Source: Lama guanicoe (taxonomy: Eukaryota). From it: a stretch of 64,000 nucleotides of DNA. The stretch covers positions 3,552,399 to 3,616,398 of the forward strand of contig MU053934.1 in the NCBI GenBank assembly GCA_013239625.1, in the 5' to 3' direction. This document shows positions 27,001-36,571 of this stretch, one piece after another. The notes under the pieces are model-generated. The model saw nothing but the letters and a program-made list of their open reading frames with translations, did not search any database and was not told the DNA's origin. Within the stretch, counting starts at the first letter, position 1; every line of letters begins with the position of its first letter. A program made the position numbers and the translations under genes.

Positions 27001-30000
27001 TAGGCCCCTAATTCCTCAGTAGGAACCATCTGCCAGATTCTTGTTGGCTCTGGTGAACCCTTGTGGTGCAAAAACAAGGAAGAGGATCTATTTGTGGCCC
27101 TAAGCCTGTCCCCACGACTTGTCCCAAGTGGCCCCATAGGCATTAACACCCGTTTCACTTGCTTACTTCAGAGCATCCACAAGGATCTAGAAGCAAAGAT
27201 AGCCCACTTTCACCAGCGGGAGGATGCCATCCTGTATCCCAGCTGTTTTGATGCCAACGCCGGCCTCTTTGAGGTATGTGAGGCCACGGGTGGGAGCTGG
27301 TGAGGACTGCCCGGCTGTGGAAGGCTTGGGAGTGTGCAGTCAGGAGAACTGGGCAGGATGTCAGTGCCATGCCTAGAGGCCCCAATGCCCACTTCTTCTG
27401 GAGGTTAAGTTAGGGCCAGCAGGTCTCCAGGAGGAATCCTGGGACTTACAAAGAGGCCAGCTTCCAGGGCATTTTTAGGGTAACCTACATCAGCTGAAAG
27501 GCTGAGACAGTATTAGGGGCCAGGCATTCACCAGACATGTTCTCACCTGGTTTCACTAGAGCAAGGCCCCTGGTTCAGCCCAGTCCTGGGGCTCTGGGGA
27601 CCCAGAGGGCTCCTTGCCTCCCTGCCCAGAAGAATGCCCTGGGGGGCAGTGAAATATTGATTCGGGGCAGTCCTGAGGAATAAGGGAGAAACCCAAGGTG
27701 GTTGGGTGATGGCTCTACTCTTAATGCCTTCCTCCAGGCCCTGCTGACCCCACAGGATGCAGTCCTGTCGGATGAGCTGAACCATGCCTCCATCATCGAT
27801 GGCATCCGTCTATGCAAGGCCCACAAGTACCGCTACCGCCACCTGGATATGGCTGATCTGGAGGCCAAGCTGCAGGAGGCCCAGGTGGGGCAAGGCCTAG
27901 TGGTTCCAGGGACAAGGACTGGGCTTATCCCCAGCCTCCCCACAGTGAAGGAAGCAAGGCTTGCAGAGGCCAACTCCTCACAGACAGCCTGAAAGTTCGA
28001 AACAGTCATGATTTGAACCCAGATCCTCAGACCCAAAGCTTTATTCCATTGCACAATGCTGCCATGAGTTTTAGTAAGCACCTTATATGTGGCAGGCCCC
28101 TGCTAGGCGTAAGGGTGGGATGAGCTTATGGACAGAACTGGCCCCACCCCAGCCTGTCCTCTGGGAGGGGAGACTGAGAGTATTCTCACCACCCAGTGCA
28201 TTGTGGCTCCAGACTGCCCTGGAAGAGAAGGATGAGGCTCTGAGAGGCCCAGAAGGGGGAGAGGATGTACCAGCCCCAGCACGGTGGTGGTTATGTGCTC
28301 ACCTTGGTGCTGGGCACTGGGCAGCCCGAGCCCTTATAGCCCCGAGCAGCGCAGAGAGTGGATGGTTTGGCCCAGTTTGTGATTCCAGCCACCACCTGTC
28401 TGTATCTTCCCTGCAGAAGCATCGGCTGCGTCTGGTGGCCACTGATGGGGCCTTTTCCATGGACGGTGACATCGCGCCCCTGCAGGAGATCTGCCACCTT
28501 GCCTCTCGATATGGTGCCTTGGTCTTTGTGGACGAATGCCACGCCACTGGCTTCCTGGGGGCCACAGGACGGTGGGAGCACACAGCACCTGAGACCTTGG
28601 GTTGGACTTCTAAGGGTGGGTGGGAAACCCGGAGGCCAGCCCCCAAGCCAATCCACGATTTTGGGCGCTCAAGCGGCCAGTAGTGGAAGTGGCAGTTTCC
28701 CTTGCAGGGGCACGGATGAGCTGCTGGGCGTGATGGACCAGGTCACCATCATCAACTCCACACTGGGGAAGGCGCTGGGTGGAGCATCAGGTGCCTGCAG
28801 GCTCTTGGGCCCCTGGGCTCCCCTTACCCCTGTGCAGGGCCCTGGAGGGGTCCCAGGGAAGGTGGCGGGGGAGACCAGGGGCTGCAGGGAAGAAGACAGC
28901 ATGGACTATGCTGTCAGGAGGGGCTTGGGGGGAGGCTCTGGCTCCTGGCCTGACTGCCACCACCACCCCTGTCCCCATCTTTGCCCTTATTCTCAGGGGG
29001 CTACACGACGGGGCCCGGGGCCCTGGTGTCCCTGCTACGGCAGCGTGCCCGGCCCTACCTCTTCTCCAACAGTCTGCCACCTGCTGTTGTCGGCTCTGCC
29101 TCCAAGGCCCTGGACCTGCTCATGGAGAGCAATGCCATTGTCCAGTCTATGGCGGCCAAGACCCAGCGGTGCGGTCCCTGGCAGGGTGGGGCAGGCTGGG
29201 GCGGAGGAGCTGGTGAGGGTCTGTCTCTTTGCCTGCGCCGGCCCACGGCTGCCTGTGTACGGGTTCTGTCTCTGCCCACAGCATGTCCCCAGCGGGTTGC
29301 ATGGGGACTCAGTTCTCTTAGCCAAGGGCTGCCTACTTGCCTACCTCCCTCTTCCCGCTATCTGTCTCTGCCTCTTCTTTCCATTTCCTGGTGCATTTCT
29401 CTGCCAATGACCCTGTGTCTCCCCCTCTGCAATCCTGTCTTTTGCCTCCCTTTTTGGTCTGCCCGTTCCTCTGCCTGGCTCTCCATCTGCCTCTCAGGGT
29501 CTGCATCTCTGTCTTTGTTGGTCCCTCCTGCAGACTTGGCCACAAACCTTGGGTCACATGCCCATCAGAGCTGGTATGACTACTCCACAGCCCTCTAGCT
29601 CCCTGTGACACCCAGCTTGTGCCCACAGATTCCGCAGTAAAATGGAGGCTGCTGGCTTCACCATCTCGGGAGCCAATCACCCCATCTGCCCTGTGATGCT
29701 GGGTGACGCTCGGCTGGCCTCTTGCATGGCGGATGACATGCTAAAGAGAGGTGAGAGGGCTGGGATGTGAGGGGCCAAAAAAAAAAGACAGAACCCCTAG
29801 ACTGTGACTGCCCTCCTTCCCCCCACCCTCCTACCCATTAGACCACCTGTCTGTCCGAGCTTGAAAACCGCAGGCCATGAGGCATGTCTGAGAGACCTTG
29901 GGCAGCTCCCTTTCCTTCTGTGGCCCTCAGAAAAAAAGTAGGAGGTGTTAGTCATGCCCCAAAGCCTGTCGGGCTCTGGTGAGCCCCGGATTGGCTCTCT

Positions 30001-30164
30001 CTCCCCACCCAGGCATCTTTGTCATCGGGTTCAGCTACCCTGTGGTCCCCAAGGGTAAAGCCCGGATCCGGGTACAGATCTCCGCGGTGCACAGCGAGGA
30101 GGACATCGACCGCTGCGTGGAGGCCTTCGTGGAGGTGGGGCGGCTGCACGGGGCACTGCCTTGA
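24074..30164 (+). CDS. GCAT: Glycine C-acetyltransferase (2-amino-3-ketobutyrate CoA ligase), mitochondrial, 9 coding exons, 422 aa
   Basis: Exons 24074-24278, 25737-25867, 27172-27273, 27738-27884, 28417-28571, 28708-28790, 28997-29168, 29629-29750, 30013-30164. Total 1269 nt, all GT-AG, frame preserved. Motifs [28 protein letters not shown] and PLP-lysine STLGKALG (K codon 28769-28771). Confidence 0.98.
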
Positions 30165-30846
30165 GTCCTGGGCAGTGACAAGTGGAGCCAAGGGCTCCGT
30201 AGTGACAAAGGGGGCCTCTTTGTGACAAAGAGGCTCTGAGCTTTGTCAAAGTCCTGGGGCCAGGCTGGGGTGAGCCTGTGCTTGTGGCCATGAGTGTGAA
30301 GCAACAGTGTGGAAACAGGCTATGACGTGTTGGTCTGCTTTATTCTCTCGGAGCAGATCCTGTCCTGTGGCTGGTGGAAGAATCAGTCAGGAGCTGGGGC
30401 AGTAGAGACAGGCGCCCCCACTGGGCTCAGTTGGATTCTGTGCTGCTGTAGAGGGCAGCCGAGGAGCAGCCCTGCAGGCCCCTTCCCACGCCCCCCCCAA
30501 CTCTGCAGCCTCCAGAGTCTAGCCTTGGTGAACACCTCGTCCTCTGCTCCCCATCCAAAGGATGGCCCACAGCTGCCCAGATGAGAAGGGGCAGGGCACC
30601 CAAACCCATGTTTGAGAGAAGCAAAGGATTCAGCCCTAAAGGAGAGAATGTCACTTCTGGAGAGGCCCCTGACAGCTTGGAACCATGTGTTCTTGCCCAC
30701 TTTGTCCCTGCCTCTGTGGCCTTGGGGCAGACCCCATCCCCTGCATGTGCCTCTGTTTACCCCGCCGTGCCAAGAGTAGATGTTATGTTGGTACCTGGGG
30801 CCCTTCCATCTCTTGTCTTCCCCAGACCTACTGGCCTGATGATCGG

Positions 30847-30860
30847 CCACCAGGGGGCGC
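30847..30860 (+). promoter_or_regulatory. CTCF motif (exact core consensus)
   Basis: CCACCAGGGGGCGC. Confidence 0.7.
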
Positions 30861-31482
30861 AGCGAGCTCAGGCTCTGGCTGCTATGGCCCTGCCGCGCCC
30901 CGCACCCGCATCCTTCCCCCCAACCTCCCCACCCCGACTTCTGGCCTTGGGCTGAGTGGTTTGTATGCTGCCCTGCAGGCAAGACCAGGAGGGCTGATTT
31001 GCTGCTGCCAAGGCGTCATCCCACGCTGGTTCCCCAGCAACAGCTTACTGCTCCCCTGCTGGAGATGACGATTCCCCTTCCCAGTCGTGGGCCCTGGCCC
31101 TTCTCTCTCCATTGCCCTCCCCATTCAGCCTTAGGGGCACCTGGTGTTTTAAGTCACAGCAGCTCCAGCCTCAGTGTGATGCAGCCTTGGGAAGCTCGTA
31201 GTTTGCTGGGGATGGGGCAGGGAGGATGGGAAGGCCCTTCTTCATTAACAGCAGGGAACTGGGACCATGTCTCTGCTGCCCCACACCCTCAGCCCTCCCC
31301 TCAGCCCCTCAGCTGGATGTCTAGGGATGGGCAATCTGGGCAAGCTCTGGCCCAAGCTGGCAGGATCCTAATGCTGGGATTCTGAGAATCCTAGTCTGTG
31401 ATCCTGAGGAGCTTAAGACTGGGTCCAGGATTCTGGGGTACTGGGGGATGCAGCCCCAGGAAGAAGGGCTGCTGTGGCCACA

Positions 31483-32107
31483 TCAGGAGCATGAATACTT
31501 ACATGCTGCCACCACCACAAGCTAGGGCACCTGGAACCGGGTGCACTGCTGCAGGAGCAAGTGCACACAGCCTGGTGCCAGCCCCCGGCCAAGCCAGCAG
31601 TGCCAAGCCAGCAGCTTGATGTGCATGGTCTGCCCAGGCCAGCGGTCCTACTGGGCAGCCACAAGCAGCTGCAGGGTAACAAGGCGGCATGAGGCAAAGC
31701 CCACCATGCAGTGGCACATAGTGGGTGCCACCACCTTCTGCAGCTCCCGGGCACCACCACTGGCATTGTGCTTCCCGGGGGACAGCTTGGGTAGCGGTAG
31801 CACCATGACACCGTGGGCCAGCCTAAGGAGTCGTTGGAAGTGCTAGCAGGTGCGGCGGCAGCTCTGGGCGCACATGCTTGGTTTGGACATGTACTGGTCG
31901 TCGCCAGAGGCCAAGACAGGCTATAGGGCCAAGGGCCGGCTGCCGACAAGCCACACTTCCATATCCTGCAGGTTCCAGGTCACCAGGGACCACTCCCAGG
32001 GTGCACCATCTGTCCTCTACATTGGGTGAAGGGTTCAAGGCCACAGCTGCCAGGAGCAGCAGTTGGAGCAAGGGGAGGAGTGGTTGGGCTCCCTGGGATT
32101 GGGCCAT
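31483..32107 (-). pseudogene. NOG4: Noggin4-like unitary pseudogene (intronless secreted cystine-knot protein), disrupted by frameshifts, a deletion and a nonsense codon
   Basis: GCCATGG start at 32107 then a signal-peptide-like MAQSQGAQPLLPLLQLLLLAAVAL. Collinear motifs in shifting frames: PYSLS (31928-31914), DDQYMSKP/KHVRP (31902-31865), ASCRL (31695-31681), CLWLPSRT, then QTMHIKLLAWHCW...CTRFQVP*LVVVAACKYSCS* (31632-31483). These match Noggin4 as I recall it (PYSLS, KPRHLRP, ASCRL, CSWPPGMTC, THIKLLAWHCW, CxWRQVPYPVVAACKCSC). Confidence 0.88.
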
Positions 32108-34026
32108 GGCGAGGCACCCTTCCTGCCTGCCCCACAGGAGGGCTCTCTCTGGTTTCTCACCGTCTTCCCTCCCTCCTTTCCTCCCCTGGTATCATAGCAG
32201 CTCAGCCTTGTCGTTGCTGGGAGCTCTTTGCCCTGGTACTGCCCTAGTGCACCCAGAGCCCAGCCTCAGGCAAGGAGGGGCATGGCAGGCTGGGGGCTCC
32301 CAAGGGGAGGGAGGACAGTGTGTCAGGGATCTCAGGCTTTCAGGGTTCAGCCATGCCACATGCACGAGTCCAGACTTTCTCAGAGGCTAACAGTGCATTA
32401 CTTTCATACAGGGTGGTTGTGGACCTCCAACTGAATGACTCCAAAATCCTCCCGTGCTAAGTCCAGAATCCTACACTTCTGCCCTTGTAGATCATACAAT
32501 TCTCCAATTCTAATTCCTTAATTCTGACAGCTCTGAATTCAGGTTTGGAGAATCTAGGTATGATTCCTAATATCTTCAATTCAATGAGTCCTCTCTGTTT
32601 CCAAAAATTCGGGGGTGCTCTGCATCTGGAATGGGTGACATCAGGCTTTAGAGAAGCCGTGAAAATCCCAGGGGCTTGCAGGAAGCCAGTTCTGAAGAGT
32701 CCGTTCCCAGCGTCTCAGGCCTTGATTACAGGTCCTGGCTTCATCAGCATCCCCTCACAGGCATCCCCTTGACATTTACCCACCCTCCCAGCTTCTGCAG
32801 GGTCCCTACCACCTCTGATCTCCCCTAATTCATTGCAGACTGCCTCCTGCCCCCACTCCACTTACCTAGTTCACGAACAACCACCTTGTTGCTACATCCA
32901 ATGCACCTCACCCCCCAGGACATAGCCTCTAACCCTCTGGAAGCATTTGGCCTTGTGGTCCACTCCTCCAGGAGATCCAGATCAGAACACCATGACTGAG
33001 TCATACAGCTGTTCACCAAGACCTAGTAACTTCTTTGGCTCTTGCCTGGACAAAAGGCTCCTAACTGATCACTCATTAAATGTCTCCCCCTCTGTCCATC
33101 CTTTAACCCCAGGCGATAGTAAACTCATTACAAAATAAATGGGAAGGTCCTGTCTCTGCTCTAGAACCTCCTCTAGTTCCTCATTGCCCTCAGGCTAAAG
33201 CCAGACTGTTTGGACAGGCACATAAACCTTCCAGTCTTCAGGCAGACTGAACCCTGAGAACAGGCTTAGGGAAGCTGACGGGTCTGGAGATTTCTCAGGG
33301 CCAGGAGGAGGAGTCCTATCTGAAGTCTGCAGAAAAGGGAATCCTATTCTGGTTTCCTAGCATAGGACACCCCACTCAAGACTAGGAATCCTTTCTGAGC
33401 TTGGAATCGGGCCCTCCTTGGAGCAGGAATGGGAGTCATCAGTCAGGACCACAGGAGGTGAGAGTGACAGGAAAGGACTGGGGCCTGGGCACGGAGGAGT
33501 TAACTACAAAACGAATCTAGGAGAGCGAGATCAATGGGTTACTCACTGCAGAAAGAGGCAGGAGCAACGCAGAGAGGCAGAGGAGCCAGGCAGAAGAGCA
33601 TGCCACCTGGGGGAAATCAGGATCTGAGGAGGAGGTGGCTACTTCGGAGGGAGTGCCCAAGTCCGACTCGGCAGAGGAGGGGCCTTAAAGGAGAAGAGGG
33701 AGCAGTGGGAGTCAGACCTGTACCTGCAGGGAGGCACCAAGAGGAAGCCACTGAGCCAGGAGGCAGCTTCAGCCTGGCCAGTTCACCCAGGATCAAGCCG
33801 GGGCCCAGTGCCCAGGATTGAGGTGGGTGTTGCCCATCCTGGGCTTTGGGGGGCCTGCTGCATGCTGGGGGAGGGGGCACAGATTTCACCTTTCTCCCCT
33901 CCTCCCTGTCTGACCCCCTTGCCCTTAATTCATCCCACCACCACAGAGGTCCAGGAGTGCAGTGGGACTCAGGTGGTTTCTTATGTGGGACATGGGGTGG
34001 GGCAGGGGTGAGGGGTGAGCACAGAT

Positions 34027-34068
34027 GTGCGCGCACGCGCGCACACACACACACACAGGCACACACGC
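34027..34068. repeat. (GC)n(CA)n alternating purine-pyrimidine tract
   Basis: gtgcgcgcacgcgcgcacacacacacacaggcacacacgc. Confidence 0.85.
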
Positions 34069-34770
34069 AGGTTGTCAGGGGCACCACCTGTAAACAGTCT
34101 CTCAGATGCGTGCTTCAGCCTGGGAGTCAGGGTCCAGGGTGGCAACAGCCCCAGATCTGCCACTCTTGTCATATTAGACTCCTGTGTCCCTCTCTGAGCC
34201 TCAACTTCCTCATGTGCCAATAGGGACCAGTGACCTATATGGTTTTCCCAGCTGTGCTACTGCCAGCTGTGCTCTCACTGGACTGGACTATCCAGTGACT
34301 CAGGGATGTCACCCAGGTTTGGCTGAATCTGACCCCTGTCCAAGAGTCTTCCTTGTGTTTCAGATCCCCATTGAAAAGCAAGGAAAATACACCAGCTCCT
34401 GGGGTGACAGCTGCCCCTCCCCCCATCCGCCATGTCCTTACCCCACTTTGCCTGCCTTTACCTGCATCACTAGTTAGAAGTGTCTACCAACTACCTAATC
34501 AGTCTTTCGTGCCCTGGGCTATGGAAGTGTTCCCTAGGAAACTGAGAAGCCCACTTCAGACACCAATGTGACTCTGCCAGGAGCTGACACAGTGGGTCTC
34601 AGTGATAACTGTCCCCCCACTCCTATCCCCATCCCCCACAAACTTCCAGCCCAGGAGACCTGGCCAGGCCCAGAGTAGGGGACTAGACACCTGAGTCAAG
34701 TGACCAGAGCATGGGGGCTCCTGCCTGAGGACTCCAGTTTCTCTTCCTCAGGTGCCCGACTGATGGGGAG

Positions 34771-36571
34771 ATGGCTGATGCCCAGAACATTTCGCTAGAC
34801 AGCGCGGGGAGTATAGGGGCTGTGGCCGTGCCTGTGGTCTTTGCCCTCATCTTCCTGCTGGGCACGGTGGGCAATGGGCTGGTGCTGGCGGTGCTGCTGC
34901 AGCCCAGCCCGAGTGCCTGGCAGGAGCCAGGCAGCACTACGGATCTGTTCATCCTCAACCTGGCAGTGGCTGACCTCTGCTTCATCCTGTGCTGCGTGCC
35001 TTTTCAGGCTGCCATCTACACGCTGGACGCCTGGCTTTTTGGGGCCCTCGTTTGTAAGGCTGTGCACCTGCTCATCTACCTCACCATGTATGCCAGCAGC
35101 TTTACGCTGGCGGCTGTCTCAGTGGACAGGTGCGCTGTGCCGGGGACCTGGCTGGGACTGGGAGGGAAGACAGGAACAGATTCTCATTGGCCTTAGAAAG
35201 GAGAGAACAGAGAACCAAAAAGGGATGGGGGAGGGAGAAAAGGAATAGCTCTCTAGCTCCCACAAACCATTTTCTGGGCACCTGCAGGGCCTGCTTGAGG
35301 GGATCATCCTGCCCTCCCCCTAACTCCATTGGGAGCTTTCCGAGGACATCTCCGTGTCCCCAGTGTCAGCACAGGGCCTGGCACAAAGTAGCTGCTCTGT
35401 AAGCGTGAAATGAATGGCAAAAGGAACACACGAATGAATTCATAAGATATTTTATTACTGCCCACAACTTGGCCCGGGTTGTAGTCAAACCTGCTTTCAT
35501 GGCTTGAAACTTGGGGTCAGACCCAGGCTCGTCCTCTAGCTGATGACCTCAGGCTGGTCACTTCTCCTGAGCCTCGGGCCCAGCCCCGCTGGGTGCCAGG
35601 CGCTCCTCAGGGCTTTCCGCGCTAACTCCCTCCATCCACACAACCAGCCTGCAAGGCCGGGCGCAGGATCACCCCGGCCGTTCAGACGCGGCTGTCCAGG
35701 CGGCGGTCCACCAGTCCTGGCGCCGCGTCAACGTCGGGGCGCGGGTGCGGGCCGCCCACCAGCCCGTCGCGCTGACCCCGCGCCCGCCCGCAGGTACCTG
35801 GCCGTGCGGCACCCGCTGCGCTCGCGCGCCCTGCGCACGCCGCGCAACGCCCGCGCCGCCGTGGGCCTGGTCTGGCTGCTGGCGGCGCTCTTCTCGGCGC
35901 CCTACCTCAGCTACTACGGCACCGTGCGCTACGGCGCGCTGGAGCTCTGCGTGCCCGCCTGGGAGGACGCGCGCCGCCGCGCCCTCGACGTGGCCACCTT
36001 CGCCGCCGGCTACCTGCTGCCGGTGGCCGTGGTGAGCCTGGCCAGCGGGCGCACGCTGCGCTTCCTGTGGGCGGCCGTGGGCCCCGCGAGCGCGGCGGCG
36101 GCCGAGGCCCGGCGCAGAGCCACGGGCCGCGCGGGGCGCGCCATGCTGGCGGTGGCCGCGCTCTACGCCCTCTGCTGGGGCCCACACCACGCGCTCATCC
36201 TCTGCTTCTGGTACGGCCGCTTCGCCTTCAGCCCGGCCACCTACGCCTGCCGCCTGGCCTCGCACTGCCTCGCCTACGCCAACTCCTGCCTCTACCCACT
36301 CGTCTACGCGCTCGCCTCGCGCCACTTCCGCGCGCGCCTCCGCCGCCTGTGGCCCTGCGGCCGCCGCCGCCCCCACCCCTGCTGCCCCCCAGGCGCCCGC
36401 CGCACCCGCCGTCGAGTGCGCCCGGCGTCCTGCGACCCCGCCGGCTGCCCTGGGGACGCCCGGCCTCGCGGGAGGTTGTCGGCGGCCGGCGGCTGGGGCG
36501 GAGAGCTGGGTCAGGAGCCTGCCTGCGGCGGAGAGGCTGGAGGCGCCCTGCTTGTCCGAGGACCGGAATAA
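34771..36571 (+). CDS. GALR3: Galanin receptor 3 (class A GPCR), 2 coding exons, 378 aa
   Basis: Exons 34771-35129 and 35794-36571 (1137 nt), with the intron splitting the DRY motif (GAC AG|G TAC). N-terminus [13 protein letters not shown]1 GN, TM2 LAVAD, TM6 CWGP. A splice acceptor ending at 34751 implies an upstream non-coding exon. Confidence 0.97.

Noticed and set aside
31413..31949. 178-aa minus-strand ORF as an independent gene
   Set aside because: Non-ATG start. It is one of three frames of the Noggin4 remnant and holds only the PYSLS and CLWLP blocks.
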